This document shows positions 39,122 to 47,152 of a stretch of DNA of 64,000 nt, in pieces; position 1 is the stretch's first letter, and each line of letters begins with the position of its first letter. Below the pieces are notes generated by a model that saw only the letters and a program-made list of their open reading frames with translations, had not been told where the DNA came from and did no database searches. Origin of the DNA: a virus. Both the position numbers and the translations under genes were made by a program. The stretch covers positions 103,833 through 167,832 of IMG/VR virus record IMGVR_UViG_3300023276_001086; one strand, 5' to 3'.

Positions 39122-40723
39122 CTACTGCGCTTTGGCAGCTTTTGCTGCCGCCTTTGCCGCCGCTTTCCCCGCCGATTGATTCTTGGCCAACGCCTTGACC
39201 CAACCACCGAGACTGTGGGCAGCACCTCCTCCGAGACCACCAATGATGGCACCCTTGGCAGCGCCTCGAGCGATAGCCCCACCGGGATGTTGCCGGTCAG
39301 CTTGCTCGAGGTCAGCTTTGTACCTGGCCGTAGAGTAACGAAGCTTGTTGAGATAAGTCGGGTTCCGCCGACCTTTCGCTAGTGCGGCCGCTTGGTCCGC
39401 TCGACGATCAATCTCGTCGTTGGACGCTTGGTTCTTGTTGAACTTCCTTCGGTGTGTGGCCTGCTCAGCGGCAGCGTGTCCCGCACCAAGAGCGGCCCCA
39501 CCGGCGGTGTAAGCTAACCGACCGCCAATACCCAGCGGAGCTGCGGTCTTCTCGTGAGCGTGCTTCTCTTTTCGTTCTTTCAACTTCTTCGCCGCAAGCG
39601 CTACACCACCAACCCCGACGCCGCCTCCCGCACCCGCCAGATACTTGTTCCGGTGCTTGCCTACGTGGTAGGCGGCCCGAGTTGGAAGAGACAGGCCTTT
39701 CGTGGAGATTTTCTCGGCCTTCACGCCCAACTCTTTTGCCAGCGTCTTGATGCCCGCTTCGACTCTCCCGAGCTTGTACGCGGAACTGACGCTGCCTGCG
39801 CGCTTTTCTAGTATTCGAATAGCAGCTTCGGCTACCGTGTCGGCGCCCTGCTTGGGCATAGGGGCACCAGCGGCACCTTGCTGTTGCTGTTCAGCCTGAG
39901 CAGCCGCAGGATCCTGCGCAGCGGTTGGATCCGCTCCCTGCCCCGGCTGAGCACCCCCTTGCTGCTGCATAGCCGCAGCCTGCTCTTGCTTGGCTGCGTC
40001 CTGCTGTTGAGCAGCTTGGGCCTGCTCACCCTGCACCTGGGCATTGACACCAGCTTGCTGGGCCTCCTGGGCCTCCTGCTGCGCTTTGGCCGAGCCACCT
40101 TGCGGAACTCCACCACCCTGTGCTTCGGCGGCCATGGCCTGTTGCTGCTGTTGCTGAGCCATTGCCTCGTTGGGGCTCGTAGCAGCAACCTGCTTGAGCT
40201 GCATCGCCAGCTGGTCAGCTGTCTGCATAATCTGCTGACGGTGCTGCTGCTGATTGACCACCTCGGTGAGCGCCTGATCCTTAGCCATCACGGCCTGCTC
40301 CATCGCCTGTTGGCGACCGGCGTTGGCCTGCTCGAGCTGTCCTTGGAGGGCCTCGGTGTTGGCGGTCATCTGCTGAACTTGCTGCTCAGCCTGCTGTTGA
40401 GCTTGCGCAGACTGCATGAGCTGCTGTTGCATGCCTTGGACAGTCTGCTGAAGAGCTCCACGCTCAGCAGCCATCTCCTGGTAGTCCATAGCCTGCACAA
40501 CGTTCGGGTCGGTCATAGCCGCCTCTTGCGTCATGCCCTGCATCTCTTCAGGAGTTTGGGCGACCTTACGGATGCGGGCTAGCTTCAGCAGGCCGGCCTT
40601 AGCTTCCTTGGTCAATACAGGCTCAGGGACAGCAACATCCTTGAGCTCTACGAAAAACGCAGCGGCTTGCGCCCAGGGGATGCCGCCCTGTTCTCCGGTG
40701 ATGTAGTCGTCGAAGTTGGACAT
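39122..40723 (-). CDS. Q/A-rich coiled-coil putative inner-head polyprotein with two Gly-rich C-terminal modules
   Basis: TKEA, LKLA, RKVA, PKQG, EKRA, EKHA, EKTA sites separate distinct modules. Confidence 0.75.
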   Translation of the reverse strand: MSNFDDYITGEQGGIPWAQAAAFFVELKDVAVPEPVLTKEAKAGLLKLARIRKVAQTPEEMQGMTQEAAMTDPNVVQAMDYQEMAAERGALQQTVQGMQQQLMQSAQAQQQAEQQVQQMTANTEALQGQLEQANAGRQQAMEQAVMAKDQALTEVVNQQQHRQQIMQTADQLAMQLKQVAATSPNEAMAQQQQQQAMAAEAQGGGVPQGGSAKAQQEAQEAQQAGVNAQVQGEQAQAAQQQDAAKQEQAAAMQQQGGAQPGQGADPTAAQDPAAAQAEQQQQGAAGAPMPKQGADTVAEAAIRILEKRAGSVSSAYKLGRVEAGIKTLAKELGVKAEKISTKGLSLPTRAAYHVGKHRNKYLAGAGGGVGVGGVALAAKKLKERKEKHAHEKTAAPLGIGGRLAYTAGGAALGAGHAAAEQATHRRKFNKNQASNDEIDRRADQAAALAKGRRNPTYLNKLRYSTARYKADLEQADRQHPGGAIARGAAKGAIIGGLGGGAAHSLGGWVKALAKNQSAGKAAAKAAAKAAKAQ

Positions 40724-40735
40724 GCTATCTCCTGC

Positions 40736-41218
40736 CTACGAGTAATGAACGACGGTCCATCGTCGGTTGGGATCAAGTCCCGTGCCCTTGAAGTACGCCA
40801 CAGTGGTGTCGACGATCTTCACCTGCACGGTATCGTTGGCCGGAGTGGCCGGGCCGGCAAAGCCCAAAACGGCGTTGGCCGTTCCGTCACCTCGAACCGT
40901 GTGGTCTGGGTCGCCAAAGATGCGTAGATAGCGAATCGGGGGCCCACCAGCTCTCGAGGTCTTGACGACGGCTGACGCAACATCGCCGAGCACCGCAGTA
41001 GCGTTGATATGGGTGACAATCTCATCCACCGTCCAGTTGCGACTCTTGGGTGGGTTGAAGGTCGTCGTCCGATTGGCCGTACCGTCATGAATGATGAGGG
41101 TGAGACCATCGACGTCCGCCCCGATGGAGTGCAGATTCACGTTGCCGAGCAACGCCCCATTCAGGTAGTCCATCGCCTGGTCGAGCGTTGCGAATTCTCG
41201 TCGTGTCCAAAGCGCCAT
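40736..41218 (-). CDS. putative virion structural protein
   Basis: beta-rich 160-aa ORF in the head-neck block. Confidence 0.55.
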   Translation of the reverse strand: MALWTRREFATLDQAMDYLNGALLGNVNLHSIGADVDGLTLIIHDGTANRTTTFNPPKSRNWTVDEIVTHINATAVLGDVASAVVKTSRAGGPPIRYLRIFGDPDHTVRGDGTANAVLGFAGPATPANDTVQVKIVDTTVAYFKGTGLDPNRRWTVVHYS

Positions 41219-41229
41219 CGCTCATTCTC

Positions 41230-41757
41230 CTAGTAGTACTCGTCGTACCAGTAGCCGTTCACGACGAACAGCTCGCTGTTCACGCCGGACGGGTCGTTGT
41301 TGAGAAGAGACCCGATATTGTCGGCCATCTTCGCCTTTGCCTTGAACTGCTCCCACTTGAAGTCGAAGAGCTGTATCCACGACTGAAGCAGTGGCGTCTT
41401 ATCACTGACGGCCACATTGAGCCCACCATCGGAGAAGGGTAGGTGGTTGCGGGTCTGGAGGATGCCGACCGACTGAAGTAGGCAGACAACGGTCTTCATC
41501 ATCAACGGGTGCATCCAACCCCGCTCAGCGAACTCGGAGAACCCATAGGCGCCCAAGAATGGTGGAGTGGCGTTGAAGTCGGACAGAGCGTCATGGACCG
41601 CAAAAGCGATCAGTCTATCGTTCGACTCCTCCCCCGCCACCAAACGGTTGAGCTCCGGATAGTCCCGCATGAACAGCCGAATTCGCGCCACAAAGTGGTT
41701 GAACGCAGGTGCCGCTCCCGGCAGGTTTGGCTGATCAAGTCCCTGAAGAGCCGTCAT
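41230..41757 (-). CDS. putative head-tail adaptor/neck protein
   Basis: Helical; RIRLFMRD...LSDFNATPP...FSDGGLNV pattern; downstream of the major capsid gene. Confidence 0.6.
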   Translation of the reverse strand: MTALQGLDQPNLPGAAPAFNHFVARIRLFMRDYPELNRLVAGEESNDRLIAFAVHDALSDFNATPPFLGAYGFSEFAERGWMHPLMMKTVVCLLQSVGILQTRNHLPFSDGGLNVAVSDKTPLLQSWIQLFDFKWEQFKAKAKMADNIGSLLNNDPSGVNSELFVVNGYWYDEYY

Positions 41758-42060
41758 CTACTTGCCCTTCTTCTTCTTCTTCTTCTTCTTCTTGGGCTTA
41801 TCCCCAACAAGTTTGGGCTTGGCGTCGGGCACAACCAAGACTGCCCTGGAGTTCGCCTTCTTGATTGCCTTGTACCAAGACGGGATGAGATCCACACTCA
41901 CACGACCGCTGTAAACCCAACCAGAGATCTTGGCCAGAGGACTGTCGTCAGGGAACTCAAGGTGCTCACCCGGTCGCAATACCTTACCGAAGACCCGCAA
42001 GTTGAGGGGATTCAGTGGCTTACGTGGCGGAGCACTATCCGTCAGGTTGAAGACGATCAT
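41758..42060 (-). CDS. small protein with a poly-Lys C-terminal tail
   Basis: Start MIVFNLTD; ends KPKKKKKKKKGK. Confidence 0.65.
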   Translation of the reverse strand: MIVFNLTDSAPPRKPLNPLNLRVFGKVLRPGEHLEFPDDSPLAKISGWVYSGRVSVDLIPSWYKAIKKANSRAVLVVPDAKPKLVGDKPKKKKKKKKKGK

Positions 42061-42569
42061 GTGAGCAGCTCCAGAAGATCTGCTTTCTTCAGCTTCTTGA
42101 GATCCTTCTCGGGCCAATCATCCGAGTGGTCGAGAATGACCTTGATGAGAGCTGCGTTGGTCATCGAGGCGAAGTCTGGTTCGGCTTCCTCTTCGAGGTC
42201 TTCTTGTCCTCCTTCGGAGCTTTCCACTTCGTCACTTGCCGCACCTTTCGACGCATCATCCGACTTCTGGCTGACTGGCTGCGCATTCTCGGCCTCCACC
42301 ATGATCTTCGATTCATCCAGTGTAGCAAACTGAACTACCGGGCCCATAGGGGATCCCTTGCGAACTTCGATAGCCCCGGCAGCTTGCTTCGTAGCCAGCT
42401 CCTCGAGATGTTGCTCGAGTTGCTCGGATGTGATGGGGAAGTGCCGGCCGCGCCGAATCGCAATGGACCCACCGCAGAGCCGTTGGACATACTTCTGGGG
42501 AGTGGGGGCGGCCTTCCGCACCATCTTTGTCCGTCGTTTGCTGACGGTATTGAGCAGGTAGAATTTCAT
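42057..42569 (-). CDS. protein with a C-terminal Rho-N/HeH-like motif
   Basis: DFASMTNAALIKV....LKKADLLELL; GGAGG RBS before MKFYLL. Confidence 0.6.
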   Translation of the reverse strand: MKFYLLNTVSKRRTKMVRKAAPTPQKYVQRLCGGSIAIRRGRHFPITSEQLEQHLEELATKQAAGAIEVRKGSPMGPVVQFATLDESKIMVEAENAQPVSQKSDDASKGAASDEVESSEGGQEDLEEEAEPDFASMTNAALIKVILDHSDDWPEKDLKKLKKADLLELLT

Positions 42570-42582
42570 CGTTCCCTCCAAC

Positions 42583-42622
42583 AAAAACGGGGCACGACGC
42601 CGCATGGACGCCGCGCCCCGGG
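42583..42622 (-). terminator. intrinsic terminator after the major capsid gene
   Basis: CGGGGCGCGGCG-loop-CGTCGTGCCCCG-TTTTTG on the minus strand. Confidence 0.75.
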
Positions 42623-42655
42623 ACAGGACAGCGCGTAAGGCTGCCGTGAGACGGC

Positions 42656-43774
42656 CTAGTAGAAGTTGACAGACGGGAAGAAGACTTCGTCCTCTACCCG
42701 GTTGTTCATCGACCCCAGGTCCTCTTCGTCAGCCGGCGAGACGGCAGCGAGGATACCGTCCGTGTTGGTCGTCGCCGAACCAGAGTAGAGCTCCAGCTTG
42801 CGAACGGCCGCCACGTTGATGATTGACATGGCGATGTCTTCCCACGCTTGCCACGTGATGAGGTTGACCACCTTGTCGATGTAGAACTTGACGTTGTTCA
42901 GGATGTAGAACCGACCCAGGAAGTCGGGGGAGGTGAAGGCGTAGAGGTTTCCGGGGATCAAGATGTCAGTCTTGATCGTCCGAACGAACCCGCGGCCAAC
43001 GAGGGTCTTGTACTTGTAGCCTTCGACCGCAGTCTCAGACTGAAGCTTGGACCCGAAGTCCTCAACCGTCCACTGGTTGACGTCGTCGAAGTCCACCTCG
43101 GTGAGGAGGATTTTCTCGCAGCGAAGTCGGTTGCCATCGAGCAGCTTGTGCAGCTTGATGATGTCCGGACGCTGGAGAGGCCACACGAAGGCGTCGTTGT
43201 TGGTATCCACTCGAGCGAACTCGCCCTTGGCGATGGACGCCTCGACCACGGTGCCGGCAGCGATCGTGGTGTAGTGGAGGTCAGTCGCGCCACCGTTGGC
43301 CTCGACCTGAAGAGCCTGCACCGCAGCTTCGCAGTGGATGAGGAACTCGCGGTCCTCGATCTCCTGGATGTCTTTGATGCTGTTGTCTTCGATGACCTTC
43401 GTGATCTTCATCCTGTACGCCAGGAGCTCCTGCTCGTACTTCTCGAACCTTTCGGACGAGATGGTGAAGAAGGGGACCTCGCAACGAGGCGCGCTGATGA
43501 GTCTGGCGTCGGGCTGACCCCGGAAGTTCATCGCCATCGCACGCGACTCGGGCTCGATCTCCTCAACCATCACGAGGGTGTCGTGGTGGATCGAAGGCTT
43601 CGCATCGTTCTTCGTGACGTTGCGAGGGGGGATGATGTTCCGACAGAAGGCCACTTCACGGAGGTGGTCACGGATGTACTCACCACCGAAAGCGGCAACT
43701 TTCTCTTTGCCCTCAGTCGAGTCGAGCTTGTCGAGGAACATACCGTTGAATACGTCTGCGGGTACTGCTGACAT
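42656..43774 (-). CDS. major capsid protein (HK97-fold)
   Basis: 372 aa; strongly biased codons; downstream of protease/scaffold/decoration genes and followed by a terminator; IRDHLRE..F.R.I.PP and KDIQEIEDREF helix pattern. Confidence 0.8.
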   Translation of the reverse strand: MSAVPADVFNGMFLDKLDSTEGKEKVAAFGGEYIRDHLREVAFCRNIIPPRNVTKNDAKPSIHHDTLVMVEEIEPESRAMAMNFRGQPDARLISAPRCEVPFFTISSERFEKYEQELLAYRMKITKVIEDNSIKDIQEIEDREFLIHCEAAVQALQVEANGGATDLHYTTIAAGTVVEASIAKGEFARVDTNNDAFVWPLQRPDIIKLHKLLDGNRLRCEKILLTEVDFDDVNQWTVEDFGSKLQSETAVEGYKYKTLVGRGFVRTIKTDILIPGNLYAFTSPDFLGRFYILNNVKFYIDKVVNLITWQAWEDIAMSIINVAAVRKLELYSGSATTNTDGILAAVSPADEEDLGSMNNRVEDEVFFPSVNFY

Positions 43775-43789
43775 GGTCTGATTCCTTTC

Positions 43790-44248
43790 CTAGCTCGCCG
43801 TGTACAAGAAGCGCAGCCAACCATTGTTGGCGGCGGCAGTCTTGAGCACGTGCCCAATGCCTGTGCCCGACGTGTAGGCCTGAAGGCCTGACTTCGTGAG
43901 CGTGAGATAGGTGACGTCTGCGGCTTCGAGTGCGGCGCCGAGAGCGGGAGTGCCCTCGAAAATCTTTGTCTCGCCGACGAACGTGCCGCCCATGATGACC
44001 GTGGTCATACCACGACCGCCAATGCCCTGCGTATCGCTTCGACCCTTTTCGTTGTAAACAACGAAGGGACCGGGAGTTACACCTGGATCTGCGCATCGAG
44101 CCAGCTCTTCGCTGGCGTTGAGAGTGACCCACTCCCCCATTTCGAGGGGGTTGGCTGCTGTGAAGTCAAGGAGGTCGGCATCCGACACCTTGTAGGACTT
44201 CATGAGCAGGCCAACGTGAGTGGACTTCAGTCTGAAAGTCTTGACCAT
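43790..44248 (-). CDS. putative capsid decoration/cement protein
   Basis: 152-aa beta/Gly-rich ORF immediately upstream of the major capsid gene. Confidence 0.6.
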   Translation of the reverse strand: MVKTFRLKSTHVGLLMKSYKVSDADLLDFTAANPLEMGEWVTLNASEELARCADPGVTPGPFVVYNEKGRSDTQGIGGRGMTTVIMGGTFVGETKIFEGTPALGAALEAADVTYLTLTKSGLQAYTSGTGIGHVLKTAAANNGWLRFLYTAS

Positions 44249-44284
44249 TTTCCTTACTCCGTTTGTGCCAAGTTGGCGTCCCGA

Positions 44285-44647
44285 CTAGCTGAGAACGAAC
44301 TCCTCCAAGGAGGTATCGCCCGCTGGCTTGTCACCCAAGTAACCGAGAGGAGACTGCGCCGCAGTCATCCCAACCGCTTGCTCAACAACGTCGAGCTCAT
44401 TCGATGCCGCCTTCTGAAGCAGGAACTCCCGAGTTTCGTCGGGTGTACGCCCCTGTTCGATTCCCTTGGCATGCACTTCGTGTGCGATCTTCTCGACCCG
44501 CTCGTTCAGTTGGTACTGACCGAGGGCGTTCTCGAGGGCGATTGCTCGCTCTCTCCACGCATCTCGTTCCGACGCCAACTTCCTAAGCGTCCCTGGGACC
44601 TCGCCGAGGACAGCATGAACTTGAGCTGCACTGAGCTTTTCCATCAT
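44285..44647 (-). CDS. scaffold-like helical protein with K-x-A sites
   Basis: EKLSA, RKLAS, EKIA, QKAAS. Confidence 0.6.
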   Translation of the reverse strand: MMEKLSAAQVHAVLGEVPGTLRKLASERDAWRERAIALENALGQYQLNERVEKIAHEVHAKGIEQGRTPDETREFLLQKAASNELDVVEQAVGMTAAQSPLGYLGDKPAGDTSLEEFVLS

Positions 44648-44655
44648 GTCCTCCG

Positions 44656-45762
44656 CTACCGGGCCGCGCCCGATGTGCCCTGAGCAAATCCAGCACCGGC
44701 GCCAGCCCGCCTCTGCGTCATTTGCCCCATCTTGGAAGCGATTTTGCAGTAGTCACACGCACTTTTCTCCAGGCCGTCCCTGTTACAGGTACAACCCTCA
44801 GACGCGATCTTCTGCACGAGGTGCCGAGCAGAGGCAATCTTTGCCCCGCCCCGCGCCACGAGTTCCGCACCCAGAGCGTCTTGGAGGGCGCTATCGCCCG
44901 CCTTACTCTGAGCCGGCTCGTTGAGAACCTCACCCATCCGCTTCTTCGGCACTGCCTTGGCGTCACGTTTCGTGAAATTGATGGCCGCATCGTTAGAGGC
45001 GATCATCCGCTCTTGGCCAGTGACCTCCGCAGGACGCGCTACCTGAGAAGGCTGATCCTCGGGTAGTGCTGAGGTCTTGGGAGTTGTGATTGTTGCTGCG
45101 GTACCATCGGCCGGGGACTCCCCAGCAGCGGCGGCTTTCCGCAACATAGCTTCTTTCATCTTGGCGACAGGGCCGCCAGATTGAACCATGACGCCGGGCT
45201 TCGAACCGAGGAGTCCGTTTCCGGGAACCTCGTTACCGCCGGGGCGCCTGGTCGCGTCCGTCCCCATTGAGCTCGGTGCTGCCTTGGGGTTGGCACCTGC
45301 CTCTTGGGGAGGGGAAGTCGGAATAGATACCGATGTCGCCCCAGACCCGCCAATGCTGTCGGGCATCCGCTCGGTGTGGGGGGCATTGATGTCGTTGGGC
45401 AGCGTGTTCGGGCCGATCCCGATACCTGCTGTCTGTCCCGGTTCGGCAGTCTTGATACGACCGGTCGGTACACGACCCATGCTCAACGCATGATCAATGT
45501 ACTCCACGGCCGACGCAAGTTTCTCGATACGAGCAGAGGATGTCTTCTCTGGACCGGATTCGGCACCGGTATCCGCCGCTACTTCTTCCTTGGCAGCTGC
45601 CTTGTCCGCGCAGGCCTTGCAGAGCTCAGAACCTTGAATCGCAGGACGACCGCATGTCTGACATGCCGACTCACCCTCCGTCTCCGCAGCGAGCTTTTGC
45701 ATCGCTCCAGCCTGCCCGTCCAGGAGCGCAGCTTCGATAAGCTGATTCAGCTTGAGCTCCAT
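44656..45762 (-). CDS. scaffold/inner-head protein with many K-x-A sites
   Basis: QKLAA, EKTSS, EKLAS, IKTA, AKIAS, QKIAS, EKSA, CKIAS; disordered core. Confidence 0.65.
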   Translation of the reverse strand: MELKLNQLIEAALLDGQAGAMQKLAAETEGESACQTCGRPAIQGSELCKACADKAAAKEEVAADTGAESGPEKTSSARIEKLASAVEYIDHALSMGRVPTGRIKTAEPGQTAGIGIGPNTLPNDINAPHTERMPDSIGGSGATSVSIPTSPPQEAGANPKAAPSSMGTDATRRPGGNEVPGNGLLGSKPGVMVQSGGPVAKMKEAMLRKAAAAGESPADGTAATITTPKTSALPEDQPSQVARPAEVTGQERMIASNDAAINFTKRDAKAVPKKRMGEVLNEPAQSKAGDSALQDALGAELVARGGAKIASARHLVQKIASEGCTCNRDGLEKSACDYCKIASKMGQMTQRRAGAGAGFAQGTSGAAR

Positions 45763-45777
45763 TGGGTTACCTCCCTT

Positions 45778-46092
45778 TCATCTGACCACAGGTGGCGGCA
45801 GAGCTTTCTGCGCAGAGGTCAGACTCACATTTGGCGTTGGTGGTGTGGTGCCGACCGACGAGTAGTCGGTCTTCTGTAGATTGGTACTCCGAAGACCCTT
45901 TGAGATGATCTTCGAAGGGGGCACGGGGGATTGGGGAGTGGCCTTCATCTGCCCCGTCATCCCGCCCGGCGCCGGTGGCGCGTTGATGGCAGGTACAGTC
46001 GGAGCATTGACAGCAGCCATGTTCGCGCTGATTTTGATCAGCTCGTCTACCATGGCTCTCATCGCCGTCGACCCGCATCCCCAGTCTCCCAT
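45778..46092 (-). CDS. small leader-bearing protein (RAMVDELIKIS)
   Basis: Leader variant followed by Pro-rich cargo; start uncertain. Confidence 0.55.
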   Translation of the reverse strand: MGDWGCGSTAMRAMVDELIKISANMAAVNAPTVPAINAPPAPGGMTGQMKATPQSPVPPSKIISKGLRSTNLQKTDYSSVGTTPPTPNVSLTSAQKALPPPVVR

Positions 46093-46113
46093 GACCCAAC
46101 ACTAGGCCTCAGC

Positions 46114-47079
46114 CTAGTACCACTCCACGTCAAAGCCGTTGGCTGAGAGAACCTCGAGGGCGGCCCGGTCTACCATGGTCTCGAAATCGTCTTCTTCGGC
46201 AGCTTCTTTCTGAATGAGTCCGGCAGCCTCGAGATGCTCGTTGGCTCGCTCAGCGACGAGTTGCTCAAAGGCCGTATCCGCAGACCGCTTGTCACGCAAT
46301 GCGTAACCGCCCGCCGCACCAGCACCGGCTAGAGCAAGACCACCCGCAGCGTAAGGAGCCGCACGCCTACCAGCCTTCAGCGCTCTCGACCCGTAGTGCC
46401 GCGCCAAGTTCGGGGCGGATTTGCGGGTGTGCGCTGCGATATTTTTGGCTCTGTCGACCGCAGCAGCGACACGGGTCGAACCCTTCCCGGCGGCAATATC
46501 AGAACCGGCTGCAACTCTTTGCTGCTTGGTGAACTCATCGAGCTCCGCTGCTGTCGGAACGGAAGCGCCACTGGCGCCCGAGCCGGCCATACTGCGACCG
46601 CCACCGGAGCTCGCTCGGGTCTGCTTTTGCTTTTTGCCGAATGCCTCAACCTCTGCCGCCGTCGGAACGGAAGCTCCACTGGCGCCCGAACCGGGGTTGG
46701 GGGCATTCCTCGCCTCTCTGGCGAGTGCCTTATCACGGAAAGCCGTGACGCTCTCCCTGGTGGCCCGCTCAGCTTGCTTGACGATCTCGTCCGACTCCTG
46801 ATGGAAGGAGTGCGCCATAACGCGTCCGAGGAAATCGGCTTCCTCGAACTTCGCGGCGGCCTCTTTCTCCATCAAGTCGTCGCCGTACCCAGTGCCGCCA
46901 TAAAGATCGTCGGCCATCTCGAGCAGCTCGTAGTCATTGAACTCGGACAGATCGACACCTTCGGCGGCTGCCTCTTTGGTGAGGAGGGTCAGCTGCGCCA
47001 TCTTCTCGATGTCGTCATCCATCACGCCATTGTCGGCGAGCTCATCGGTTCCGTAGTACTCTGCGAGGAATTGATCCAT
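46114..47079 (-). CDS. acidic scaffold-like protein with a basic Gly-rich insert
   Basis: EKMA, TKEAA, EKEAA, VKQA, DKRS, QKEAA; internal repeat GSGASGASVPTAAE x2. Confidence 0.7.
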   Translation of the reverse strand: MDQFLAEYYGTDELADNGVMDDDIEKMAQLTLLTKEAAAEGVDLSEFNDYELLEMADDLYGGTGYGDDLMEKEAAAKFEEADFLGRVMAHSFHQESDEIVKQAERATRESVTAFRDKALAREARNAPNPGSGASGASVPTAAEVEAFGKKQKQTRASSGGGRSMAGSGASGASVPTAAELDEFTKQQRVAAGSDIAAGKGSTRVAAAVDRAKNIAAHTRKSAPNLARHYGSRALKAGRRAAPYAAGGLALAGAGAAGGYALRDKRSADTAFEQLVAERANEHLEAAGLIQKEAAEEDDFETMVDRAALEVLSANGFDVEWY

Positions 47080-47152
47080 TGTGTTTCCTAATCCTTTGCC
47101 TGCGTTGTGGTCAACATTGGCAGAGTCAAGCGATCATTGAGACCGCAGGGCC

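Noticed and set aside
41765-41795. (TTC)n run
   Set aside because: Encodes the poly-Lys tail of 41758..42060; a coding microsatellite only.
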